Source: Methanobacteriota archaeon (lineage in GTDB: Archaea; Halobacteriota; Methanosarcinia; Methanosarcinales; Methanosarcinaceae). Taken from it: a stretch of DNA of 64,000 bases. Made by a program: the position numbers and the translations under genes. The stretch's first letter is position 1. Each line of letters begins with the position of its first letter. The stretch is taken from the NCBI GenBank assembly GCA_030054735.1, contig JASGVX010000003.1:1532-65531 (forward strand), given 5' to 3'. Of the stretch, positions 31,100 through 40,579 are shown piece by piece. The notes beneath the pieces are model-generated. The model saw only the letters and a list, made by a program, of their open reading frames with translations, was not told the DNA's origin and made no database searches.

Positions 31100-31447
31100 A
31101 TGTCTAAAGCCGTCATGATAAAAGCAGGAGAAACGATATTTTTTGCCGAAACCGACGAATCAATTGAGATACCATATCTCGGGTCGCTTCCAGATGGGCC
31201 AAAAGGGATGCAAGCCACGGCAGGCACAGAAAAGATAACTCAAGAAATGACAACTATTCAAGACATAATCGCAGCATGCAGTGAAGGGGTGTTCAACGCC
31301 ATCAAGAGTAAAAGCCCTAAACCTGAGAGAGTTACCGTCGATTTCGGAATCAAATTTGCGGGGGAAGGCGGCTTTCCGATGTTGGCAAAAGCATCTGGTG
31401 AAGCAAATTTAAATATCTCCATCGAATGGAAGACAAGTGAATCTTAA
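31100..31447 (+). CDS. Trypco1 / CU044_2847-like trypsin-co-occurring protein
   Basis: KPERVTVDFGIKFAGEGG...AKASGEANLNISIEW matches the recalled family consensus; a trypsin-like start follows. Confidence 0.75.
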   Translation: MSKAVMIKAGETIFFAETDESIEIPYLGSLPDGPKGMQATAGTEKITQEMTTIQDIIAACSEGVFNAIKSKSPKPERVTVDFGIKFAGEGGFPMLAKASGEANLNISIEWKTSES

Positions 31448-31501
31448 AAACTTAAGGTTACTACTTTCTGATTACTGACGCGAAATTAGGCAACTGGACA
31501 A

Positions 31502-31606
31502 GTGAGAAGAATTGAGCACCCTCCATATGCAGTTTGCATCAGCGGTACAAAAAATGGTCAAATGTCTTCAAATGGAACAGGCTTTATTGTAAGTAAAGAA
31601 GGCTAG
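31502..31606 (+). pseudogene. 5' fragment of a trypsin-like serine protease, truncated by a MITE
   Basis: ...AVCISG...NGTGFIVSKEG* ; the TAG stop is formed by the first bases of the MITE. Confidence 0.65.
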
Positions 31607-31720
31607 GACTTACGCAGTTGAATTGAAAAACACGAGCGGAAGTGACTTAACGGTATAAACTCAAATAATATTGACGAGCCTGCATCTGTCTGATTTTACA
31701 TTTCAACTGCGTAAGTCCTA
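31604..31720. mobile_element. 117-bp MITE, copy 1
   Basis: Terminal inverted repeats TAGGACTTACGCAGTTGAA / TTCAACTGCGTAAGTCCTA; near-identical copy at 58555-58671. Confidence 0.85.
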
Positions 31721-31749
31721 TAAGAGTCAAAATTAATTTTCTAATTTCC

Positions 31750-34533
31750 TCAATTCATTTTTCTAATTAGCAGTTTCCTCACAACTTTTCTCTTTTCACC
31801 TTTTTCGAGAGTTTCATTTTCTGTAGCTTCGAAGAGCTCAGTCCATGCCTTGAAACGGTAATTGCTGCCCGCTCCAAGGTCCCTGATCCTTATCTCAAAG
31901 GGCTTTTCTCTAGTAGCTTCCTTTTGCCCTGCGAGTTTTTGGTGGAATGTTTTTGCTGCGGCTTTTTCCGGAGAAGGAGCTGAGACAACTCCAATCAATC
32001 CTCCATTTTCATCCGTGGCAATGAAGGTTTTTTCCTTTTTCTTCTGCTCTGCCTGAGCTTCCTGTTTTATGCTTTCCCGCCTGAGCTGTCTTCTGACCCT
32101 GTCAAGGGCACCTCCTGCATCCTTTTTTTCTTGTGGGTCTGTCCCTGGGGGTCTGGATTCAGAAAGATGTTTTTCTTTTTTTTCGGGAGGAATGTAAGGA
32201 TCTTTTCCCAGGAGTTCATGCAGGAGCATAATTGCCGCATGCTTATCAAGAGGCTCGTTGTTGTTCCCGCACTTTGGGGACTGGATACAGCCAGGACAGC
32301 CGCTTTCACAGGGGCAGCTTTCAATAGCCTTTAAGGTGCCTTCCAGGACCTCTTCTATCAGGTCATAGCCTTTTTCGGCATACCCAACTCCCCCCCTGTG
32401 CCCGTCATAGATGAAAATCCCGCTTTTACCACCGAGGTCGGGATGGGACGGAGTTGAAACCCCTCCTACGTCACTCCTGTCCACAAGCAGGTGCAGAGGG
32501 TACATGGAAATCATTGCATGCTCAACAGCATGAATCCCGCCAGCAAAATCCAGCTTATTGTCCCCTATCAGCTCCTGCATCCTGTCAGGAAGCTTAATCC
32601 AGAGCGCAACTGTCTGGAGGGTTATAGGAGGCATTTCAATATCATGAGCGCTCATTGTCTCATTGTTGTAGGTCCGGATTTTCCTGTAGCCTATAATTCT
32701 ATCTGTTACCTCCACATCCCCAAGCCCAAGCTCTACCTCAGGAGCATGCAGGAGAGGCTTTACCGCATAAGTCTCCTGCACCAGTACGGACGAATCTATC
32801 ATGGGTTTTGTATAATAGCTATCATACGTCTTTACGGCATGAATTTCCTTTTTCTCATGGTCGATCCTGTTTATGTAGAAAGGTTCCCCCCTGTGCATGT
32901 AGACTGCACCCGGGTGGCACTCCCGGAACGCCAGAGCCTCTTCGATTTCTTTTTCTATGGGAAAGCTCCTTTCTCCTTCAAAAGCAAGCAGAGAGTAAGT
33001 ATTATTGTCAATTCCCCGAAGGGAGACATGTTTATAAGGGAAAGGGTCAGTAGAATATTTCAGGTCGCTGCCTGCGAGCAGCCCTTCTGCTTCAAGGAGC
33101 TCTACAACTCTTGAATACTCCATGCCAAAGAACTTTTCATCTGATTCTCTGAGAGGGACTTCTTTTGCTGCACAGAGCAGGTGCCCTGTAAGGATATAGG
33201 GGTTTTTAGGGTTGAGCACTGCATTTTCGCTGCTTCTTGCAAAGAAGTCGTTGGGGTTTCGCATATAATACTGGTCAAGAGCATTTGTCCCGGCTACCAT
33301 AAAGACAAGGCTTTCATTTCCGCTCCTGCCCGCCCTTCCTGCCTGCTGCCTCGCGTTCATAACCGTCCCCGGATAGCCGTCAAGAATACAGGCATCAAGC
33401 CCACCGATGTCTATTCCGAGTTCAAGGGCGTTTGTGGAAATAATACCCCTGAGCTCTCCAGAATTCATTTTCTTTTCTATATCTTCCCTTTCCCTGTCAA
33501 AATAGCCGCTTCTGTATGAGCAGATCGAAGAAGAGAGCGCACGTTCTCTCAAAAGTTCCCTGCAACTCTTATACATTCTCTCCACCCCCTGCCTTGACCT
33601 GGTAAAAACAAGGGTCTGGAGCCCGGCCTGGACTGCCCGGACAAAAAGAGCCGAGGTTTCGGAAAAGCTGCTTTTCCTTACTGTGCATCCTCTCCCATTC
33701 AGGTAAAGAGGTGGATTCCAGAATACAAATCTCTGGGGGCCCTGTGATGAACCGTTATTCTCAACCACCTCTACTTTCCTTCCCAGCAGAGTTTCAGTAT
33801 GCTCTTTTGGGTTCCCTATGGTCGCCGAACAACAGATGAACTGTGGGGAAGATCCATAGTATTCCACAACCCTGAGGAGCCTTCTGAGCACGTTTGCCAT
33901 ATTGCTCCCTATAACTCCCCTGTAATAGTGGCTCTCGTCAATAACAATGAATTTAAGGTTTGAAAAAAAGCGCCTCCAGAGGTGGTGCCAGGCAAGAAAA
34001 CTCATGTGCACCATCTCAGGGTTTGTGAAAACAATATTTGTCTGTCCTTCCCTGATTTCTCTCTTCTGGGATGCAGTCAAAGCTCCAGTATAACGGGCTA
34101 TGCCTGCCCCGGAGTTCAGTGACTTTTCAAATTCAAGGAAAGCTTTTAACTGGTCGTTTACAAGGGCATTGAGAGGAGAGATATAAAGTGAAGTAGCCTC
34201 AGGGTCATTCATAATGGCTTCAAAAATAGGGACCATGTAAGTAAGGGACTTTCCGCTTGCTGTGCTTGTGCAGAGCACCAGGTCTTTTCCTTCACGGATT
34301 TTTTCTATTGCTTCAACTTGATGGGAATAAAGAGCTTCAATCCCAATACCTGAAAGGGCAGCCCTTATCTGCGCCCTCAGTTCAAGAGGTGCATAAATGG
34401 CATCTCTTGCAGGAGTTTCTTCAATATGAACTATCTGGTTTTCATAACGGCTGCTAGCTTTAATTTCATTCAGCAGGCGGGAAATTTCCATTTTTCTACT
34501 CCATTTTATTTCATCCACTTTATTATACGCCAC
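31750..34533 (-). CDS. Hrq1/SftH/MrfA-like SF2 helicase with DUF1998 and a C-terminal MC1-like domain
   Basis: TASGKSL, IDESH, SATIGNP, STNALELGIDIG, QQAGRAGR; C-C-C-C DUF1998 cluster (CPCESGCPGCIQSPKC). Start may be ATG 34491. Confidence 0.92.
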   Translation of the reverse strand: MAYNKVDEIKWSRKMEISRLLNEIKASSRYENQIVHIEETPARDAIYAPLELRAQIRAALSGIGIEALYSHQVEAIEKIREGKDLVLCTSTASGKSLTYMVPIFEAIMNDPEATSLYISPLNALVNDQLKAFLEFEKSLNSGAGIARYTGALTASQKREIREGQTNIVFTNPEMVHMSFLAWHHLWRRFFSNLKFIVIDESHYYRGVIGSNMANVLRRLLRVVEYYGSSPQFICCSATIGNPKEHTETLLGRKVEVVENNGSSQGPQRFVFWNPPLYLNGRGCTVRKSSFSETSALFVRAVQAGLQTLVFTRSRQGVERMYKSCRELLRERALSSSICSYRSGYFDREREDIEKKMNSGELRGIISTNALELGIDIGGLDACILDGYPGTVMNARQQAGRAGRSGNESLVFMVAGTNALDQYYMRNPNDFFARSSENAVLNPKNPYILTGHLLCAAKEVPLRESDEKFFGMEYSRVVELLEAEGLLAGSDLKYSTDPFPYKHVSLRGIDNNTYSLLAFEGERSFPIEKEIEEALAFRECHPGAVYMHRGEPFYINRIDHEKKEIHAVKTYDSYYTKPMIDSSVLVQETYAVKPLLHAPEVELGLGDVEVTDRIIGYRKIRTYNNETMSAHDIEMPPITLQTVALWIKLPDRMQELIGDNKLDFAGGIHAVEHAMISMYPLHLLVDRSDVGGVSTPSHPDLGGKSGIFIYDGHRGGVGYAEKGYDLIEEVLEGTLKAIESCPCESGCPGCIQSPKCGNNNEPLDKHAAIMLLHELLGKDPYIPPEKKEKHLSESRPPGTDPQEKKDAGGALDRVRRQLRRESIKQEAQAEQKKKEKTFIATDENGGLIGVVSAPSPEKAAAKTFHQKLAGQKEATREKPFEIRIRDLGAGSNYRFKAWTELFEATENETLEKGEKRKVVRKLLIRKMN

Positions 34534-35118
34534 ATTCTGCTAATCCACATAGGACTGATATTTTATTTCACTTTCCGCAGTAAAATATCGGGATTTTATA
34601 TTTTTTAAATCATGTAAGTAATTTTTATAAAATTTCTTTCAGTTTTACCTTGAGAACCCATTTCCAGCCCATAATCTACAACTCAAACACCTTAATAAAA
34701 CACAGACACCAAGCATGAAATGAGTACTCTTTCGGTTCAGGAGAGAAAGTTTTTTTCTCCTCCATCATATACATATTTTTAAAATAGTTGAGCTGTCAAC
34801 TGAATCATATTTTTCACTACATTATAAGTTGCAAAGATATCCCAATATTTAAATATGTCTCTTAATTTTTGAGAAATTACGCTCATTGATGCCCATTTTA
34901 CACAGAATAAGTATTTATACAACTATATCAATTATACTATTGATAAAACATAATACTATTAAACAAGAATAATACGAATGGCTTACCGGGGGGTAGCAAT
35001 GAGTGTTTTGATTTGGAAAAAATCCCAGTTATTATTACAGCTTTTACAACAGTTGCTGGAGAATAATGAACTGGCAAGAGGATATGGGTTATAAAACGCA
35101 TAGATTTGCATGCCTGTA

Positions 35119-35157
35119 GTGAACTATCTCTGAGCTAAAGACTCAGGAGTTTTACGC
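35119..35157 (-). mobile_element. isolated IS200/IS605-type terminal hairpin
   Basis: Minus strand AAACTCCTGAGTCTTTAGCTCAGAGATAGTTCAC. Confidence 0.55.
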
Positions 35158-35313
35158 TTATTCATATAAATGTTTGCTTTTCAGAACAAATTTACAAAAT
35201 ATAAAATCTGAATAAAAAACGGAAGTTAAAAATAGTAATTAGATTGGGTAATGAGAAATTAATATAAAAAATATGAGATAAATATAGAAAAAAAAGTTTG
35301 GGAGTGGAACCAG

Positions 35314-35505
35314 ATGACGCTTTCTAACCTGACTGAGGCTGAAAAAATGATTTTAATGGATGAAACGGTTGCCGACTTTAAACGCTCATTAGAATTTGCC
35401 ATTAAAAATTTACTTGCAGAATACAAAACAGACCTTGAAACTAACCTTGATATTTCGAAAGTCGATGTAAGCTTCATTGTAAAAATGGACGGAATTGAGG
35501 TATAA
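35314..35505 (+). CDS. small hypothetical protein (63 aa)
   Basis: ATG start in an AT-rich gap; acidic, plausible composition; no recognised motif. Confidence 0.5.
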   Translation: MTLSNLTEAEKMILMDETVADFKRSLEFAIKNLLAEYKTDLETNLDISKVDVSFIVKMDGIEV

Positions 35506-35519
35506 GGTTTATCACTTCA

Positions 35520-35575
35520 AAAGTGCGGGTTCCATAGATACCCTTCTTTGAGGTAGGGGTTGAAGTGAACTCGCG
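35520..35575. mobile_element. degenerate IS200/IS605-like end
   Basis: ...ATACCCTTCTTTGAGGTAGGGGTTGAAGTGAAC hairpin resembling a recurring Methanosarcina element end (from recall). Confidence 0.4.
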
Positions 35576-35789
35576 CCAGCTTTTTTTCCTGTGTTTTTGA
35601 CTAATTAGATAATTGTATATTGTTATATAGTGATACCTGGTGTTTTAAAGGTTAAATATTGATACAGATCAATGATTTATCGAGATTTATGGTTTTATGA
35701 TACCTAACCTGGGCGCATCAAAATATTCAGGCAAGGGTATGTCCTAAAATCCAGTTAATATTTAGTAGAGTTTTTGTGGCTCAATTACT

Positions 35790-37622
35790 CTAATTCTTTT
35801 TAATTTTTGCGCTCTCTTCGCTCAGCCCTGCCCATATTACCCTATACCCCAGGTGTTCAAGCACAGGATAATAGAGACTGCTATCAATCCCGAATTCCTC
35901 AAAGACTTTAACCGCATCGGCGTAAGTCTTCACAGCTCCTGGTTTTTCAAGCTCAAGATTTATTCGCTCAAGTAGCTGCCTGTGGACTAGATAATTTTCA
36001 AGAAGCACATAATCTCTGTATTTTCCGGACTCTTCATACCCTTCAATTTCTTCTTTCACTCCGAATTTGTCAGGTTTCCGAATTTCTGCAAATCTCTCTG
36101 CAAGCTCTTCTTTTAAAGCTTCAGGCATAACTCCTCTGGCGTCTGCGATTTCTTTAAGGCTGACCAGTTCCCCAGAAAGAGATATCTCTGTGCCACAGAG
36201 CTTTAACCTGTCTTCTGCAAGCCTTTTTTCCTCGTATTTTCTAAGCACCTGTGTGACTTCATTTGCCGGAATCTTCCTGTCAAAAAAAATCACGTCCTGT
36301 GCAGGAAAATCTTTTTCAGAGCACTTGAGTTTTCTATTAATCAGGAGAATAACAGGTTCTTTTACATCTTTGAGTTTCTCAGTTTTCTTTTTAAGGTAGT
36401 CAGGAGTCCAGAAGCCAACAATCTCTGCATAAACTTTTATCCCATTCTTCTGCATGGAAAAGTCTGGAACAAAAGCGAAGCGGCCTGCTTTTAAAATCGT
36501 AGGCTCCCTTTTTATCTCCCAGCCCCCGAAACTGAAGTTTGCAAACTGCTGCTCATAAGTGCTGTCGAAAGCTTCACTTTCAGTATCTGTTTCTGCGTCC
36601 TGAGTTCCAGATTCCCTGTCTATAAATTCAGGATCTTTTTCGATTCCTGTTCTGGTCCCGGCTTTGTATTCTTCCTGTCCTTCCGCAAGATGAAAGTCGA
36701 GAGAAATCCCATCAGGATCGTCACCAGGTGCTCTGGATATAAACCTGAAAGCTTCTTCAGAGTCGTCAAGGGCAAATTCGAGGACTCGCTTTCCCTGGTA
36801 ACCTTTGTGCAGAATACCTGCCTTCAATCTCCAGCCCTTTGATTTCAGGAGAATCGGAAAGAGTTTGGCAAAAGAATTACCATACCGTTCCGACATTCTG
36901 AAAAGTGATGCAGGGCCATCAAGGTGGAGGTGAACGCTTTTTAACCTTTCAGGGTCTTTGTTTTCATCCATTCTTTTACTATCTCTATTTCCTCCTTCTA
37001 TTTCCTGCTTTCCGCCTTCTATTTCCGGTGTATCCTCAAGGGAATACATAAGTCCAGACTTGAGGATTTTCCAGAGGACTCTCTGAAAATCTCCTCTAAT
37101 CCAGATATCCAGGTCAACAGCACGGAAAAGCAGGGTCTGGGTCAGGGAAATATTATACTGCCTTAAGAGTTCTGCAGGAGCTGGAGGATTGAATTCTTTG
37201 AGGACCTGGTTTTCCTCAAGGTCTGCCCACAAAGATTTTTCAAGGTCAGGAACTGAAATTGAAAGATTTCTTGCGGCTATTTGCAGCGACTTTTGCCTTT
37301 CGGCAGGAAAAAGGGCCATTCCCTCACAGGCTTCAAAGACAGCTTCCCTGGCTCTGGAAGGGTCAACGGCTGAAGAGGTCTCGACCAAAGCCTTCCTTCC
37401 CAGAAGCTGTGAAAGACCCCGTATAAAGCGGTAGTTCATCTCTTCATAGCCTTCAAGTTCTGCAAGCAGGTCGCCGTAAGTTTTTCCGACATGCTGCTTG
37501 AATGTCTCTATAAGAAGCTCTGCAAGCTCAAGGTTTTCCGAGTCAAAAACTGCATATGCAGGCCGGATCTTACCCCTGGAGATATGGGTTACAAGGAGGT
37601 CAGATGTCAGCATGAGGGGCAC
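35790..37622 (-). CDS. DUF790 / Bax1-like endonuclease (XPB partner)
   Basis: LTSDLL, YNISLTQTLLF, GPASLF...RYG, FVPDF...EIVGFWTPDYL; overlaps the XPB gene end. Confidence 0.88.
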   Translation of the reverse strand: MPLMLTSDLLVTHISRGKIRPAYAVFDSENLELAELLIETFKQHVGKTYGDLLAELEGYEEMNYRFIRGLSQLLGRKALVETSSAVDPSRAREAVFEACEGMALFPAERQKSLQIAARNLSISVPDLEKSLWADLEENQVLKEFNPPAPAELLRQYNISLTQTLLFRAVDLDIWIRGDFQRVLWKILKSGLMYSLEDTPEIEGGKQEIEGGNRDSKRMDENKDPERLKSVHLHLDGPASLFRMSERYGNSFAKLFPILLKSKGWRLKAGILHKGYQGKRVLEFALDDSEEAFRFISRAPGDDPDGISLDFHLAEGQEEYKAGTRTGIEKDPEFIDRESGTQDAETDTESEAFDSTYEQQFANFSFGGWEIKREPTILKAGRFAFVPDFSMQKNGIKVYAEIVGFWTPDYLKKKTEKLKDVKEPVILLINRKLKCSEKDFPAQDVIFFDRKIPANEVTQVLRKYEEKRLAEDRLKLCGTEISLSGELVSLKEIADARGVMPEALKEELAERFAEIRKPDKFGVKEEIEGYEESGKYRDYVLLENYLVHRQLLERINLELEKPGAVKTYADAVKVFEEFGIDSSLYYPVLEHLGYRVIWAGLSEESAKIKKN

Positions 37623-39084
37623 CTTTCCCGCTTTCAGGGCTTACTTTTCCTGTCCCCTGATTTTTTATTCCTGTCTTTTCTTTTTCTGCTTTTTTCCGGG
37701 GACTTCCTTCTGGACTTTTTCTGGAAGAGAAAGCCTCTTTTCTTCTCTTTGCAGTTCCCATTTCAGTGGTTTCTTCAGCAATAATTTCATAAAGCATAGC
37801 TTCCTTTCCTTCTTTTTTCCTCAGGATCCTTCCAAGGCGCTGGACATATGCCCGTTTGCTTCCTGTCCCGCTTGCTATAATTCCTACATTTGCTTCCGGG
37901 ACATCGATACCTTCGTCAAGCACCTTTGAGGTAACTACAGCCCTGTACCTGCCCTGCCTGAACTTTTCGAGAATGGAATTTCTTTCTTTTGGAGGAGTCC
38001 TGTAAGTGATCGCAGGAATAAAAAAGGCATTGGAAATCCGGTGCACAAGCCGGTTGTGTTCCGTGAAGATAAATACTCTATCTTCTCTGTGCTGCACAAG
38101 GATCTCTCGTAATTTTTCTATTTTAGAATAACTGTTAAAGGCAATATCTCTTGCTGTATTTCTTGCAAGGAGGGCTTTTCTGGCTTCAGGGTCCCTCCCA
38201 CTTTTCATGACCAGCTTTTGAAAGTCCTGCGGGCTTCTCATTATCATGCCGGTTTTTCTGATGTAGTCAAGGAATATGGCATAATTCTGATCATACTCTT
38301 TTTGTTCTTTGCCTGTGAGCGTCACATTAATCCGTTTTATCGTATAAGGGGAAAGGTGCTTCCCTGCAAGTTCCGATACCTTTTTTTCATAAACCTTACC
38401 CCCTGCAAGCTGGTTGAGTTCAGTATGCAGCCCGTCTTCCCTTTCATATGTGGCTGTAAGCCCGAGCCTGCAAGGCGCTGCGGAAAACTCGGCAATGCTC
38501 CTGTAAGCGGCTGCAGGAAGGTGATGAACTTCATCAAAAATTATGAGGCCGAACCTGTTCCCAAGGGTTTCGGCGTGAATATAGGCAGAGTCATAGGTGG
38601 AAACCGTTATTGGAAGAATTTTCTTTTCCCCGCCCCCAAGCTTTCCGACTTCCATTGAAAAGGCTTCCTCAAGCTCTTTCTTCCACTGTTCAAGGAGGTC
38701 CAGGGTTGGGACAAGTACAAGGGCAGGGGTGTTGCAACTCGAAATTGCCCGGATACCGGTTAAAGTCTTTCCGCTTCCTGTAGGCAGGACAAGAACTCCC
38801 CATTTTTCATTTTCCCCCCAGGAAATAAGAGCTTCTGCCTGATAATCTCTTAATTTCAACTTCTTTCCCGAAGCTTCGTAAGCCGCTGTAAGGTCAGGAC
38901 AGGGAAGAAGGTCAAGGACAGCATCTTCAAAATCAACCCCAGAATTTTTCAAATAACTGATAGTATCTTTGTAGTACATTGCAGGAGCCCTGAAACTTCC
39001 GCTCCTTTCATCCCATACTGAATTCGGAACCCTGATATTTCCTTTTATGAGAATAGTTCCCTGCTTGAAGCTGATTTTTACCAT
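37600..39084 (-). CDS. xpb: XPB/Rad25-family helicase
   Basis: LRDYQ, PTGSGKT, FDEVHH, GLTATYER, VLDEGIDVP, QRLGRILR. Confidence 0.92.
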   Translation of the reverse strand: MVKISFKQGTILIKGNIRVPNSVWDERSGSFRAPAMYYKDTISYLKNSGVDFEDAVLDLLPCPDLTAAYEASGKKLKLRDYQAEALISWGENEKWGVLVLPTGSGKTLTGIRAISSCNTPALVLVPTLDLLEQWKKELEEAFSMEVGKLGGGEKKILPITVSTYDSAYIHAETLGNRFGLIIFDEVHHLPAAAYRSIAEFSAAPCRLGLTATYEREDGLHTELNQLAGGKVYEKKVSELAGKHLSPYTIKRINVTLTGKEQKEYDQNYAIFLDYIRKTGMIMRSPQDFQKLVMKSGRDPEARKALLARNTARDIAFNSYSKIEKLREILVQHREDRVFIFTEHNRLVHRISNAFFIPAITYRTPPKERNSILEKFRQGRYRAVVTSKVLDEGIDVPEANVGIIASGTGSKRAYVQRLGRILRKKEGKEAMLYEIIAEETTEMGTAKRRKEAFSSRKSPEGSPRKKAEKEKTGIKNQGTGKVSPESGKGAPHADI

Positions 39085-39350
39085 TATTTATTAAGATCCG
39101 AGATGTTATATATAATATTTTAGTTATCGGTAGGCTCTCTAGCTGGAAATTTCCGGTACTGAGCCATTTTCTCTAAACAAATTTTTATATATTTTACTAC
39201 AAAATTAGTAGAATAAATTGCTTTATTGCGTACACAGCACATGATTACATAAAGCAAAAGAGTTTAATTTTCCTTTCGACTAAAAAAGAGGAAAATAGAG
39301 AAAAAAGTAAGTGAAAAGAGAAGTAAAGAAAAGGAAAGAAGGGTATTTCA

Positions 39351-40001
39351 GTGAAATCCAATACAATTTCAGCAGGGGACAATCTGTCAGAGAAGAAAGA
39401 AAAGCCCTCTCCCGAGCCCCTTGACCTCGAAGCTCTTTACCACAGGTATGGGATTGAACGCAGCCATGCCGACAATGTGGCACGGAATGTGCTTGAGCTT
39501 TTTGACATCCTTGCTCCTTTCCACGGGCTTGGCCCTGAATTCCGAAAGCTTGTAGAAATAGCAGCTCTTGTCCACGATTCTGGAGTAACTACTGACCTGG
39601 AAAACCACCATAAGGCGGGAAGGGATATCCTGCTCCTGCACCCTCCTGCGAATCTTCCTGAGAAACTATGGCCGGTTGTTGCCTGGACAGCTTTCCTGCA
39701 TAAAAAGAAGATGGGGGAAAAGAAACTCAGAAAACTCCGTGAAAAAGAGTTTGGAAGTATGCCTGAAGACCTCCAGTCCCTTACCCTGAAAGTAGCGGCC
39801 CTTGTGAGGCTTGCAGATGCTCTGGACTACAGCCGGATGGAAAGTAAGCTAGGGAAAGTCACTTTTGGAGAACAGAGCATCAAATTCGAAATTAATGGCA
39901 GCGGTTCTGCAATCGATGCTGAAAGAATGCGTGAAAAAGGTGACCTTTGGCACCTTCTGCAAAAAATGAAACTTGATTTCATGCCGGAAATAAAAAGATG
40001 A
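39351..40001 (+). CDS. stand-alone HD-domain protein (Ppx/GppA C-terminal-like)
   Basis: HADNVA, AALVHDSG, HHKAG, LVRLADALD. Confidence 0.8.
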   Translation: MKSNTISAGDNLSEKKEKPSPEPLDLEALYHRYGIERSHADNVARNVLELFDILAPFHGLGPEFRKLVEIAALVHDSGVTTDLENHHKAGRDILLLHPPANLPEKLWPVVAWTAFLHKKKMGEKKLRKLREKEFGSMPEDLQSLTLKVAALVRLADALDYSRMESKLGKVTFGEQSIKFEINGSGSAIDAERMREKGDLWHLLQKMKLDFMPEIKR

Positions 40002-40123
40002 CAAAAGGAAATATGAACCAGTAATGTGTCAGTAATTATTATTTTATGAATATTATTCACAAAATAAAAATATTACTCTCCAATTATTACTCTACAGGTG
40101 GTAATTAAACTTTTGTGAAAAAA

Positions 40124-40380
40124 GATCCAGTATCTATAAATGTGGTGATAGTTGAGCCACATGTTAAGCAATAGATGAAATATGACTTCAAGTTTTCACT
40201 TTGCTAATGGCTCTATAATTGCACTTCCCAATATCATTAATGACATTATGGAGTATAGTGTTTGGAATTAAATTTTTACCATTCCTAAGCAACTTTCAAT
40301 TTCATTTCTAGTTAGGAGTTACCATAAAACGACATCAAGAAAAATGTTCTGATTTTTAATGTCAACCTGCCGAATGCAGG
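40124..40380. repeat. repeat A (plus copy) interrupted by repeat B (40172-40285) between TAAGCAA direct repeats
   Basis: 40124-40171 + 40293-40380 match the reverse complement of 45090-45225; the insert matches 45939-46050. Confidence 0.85.
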
Positions 40381-40416
40381 CTAAATTAATTTGATTTATT
40401 TCAAAAACGTTATCAG

Positions 40417-40490
40417 GAAAAACGCACATGAAATTCTTCGAATAACAGGCACAAAAAATGAAAGTACATGGAAGCACTTTCATGCTAAAT
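40417..40490 (+). repeat. 74-bp dispersed repeat, copy 2
   Basis: Three mismatches to 13280-13353. Confidence 0.9.
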
Positions 40491-40579
40491 ATTGATTTTT
40501 GAAAAATACTGTGAAATAAGGGTTACTCAAAAACCTGACCTGCTATTCAAGGTTTCCAGGAAGAGATATTTCACCAGGG

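Noticed and set aside
26687-34533. DISARM or Druantia system
   Set aside because: DUF1998 is fused in an Hrq1-type helicase. No methyltransferase, PLD or other required partners are adjacent.
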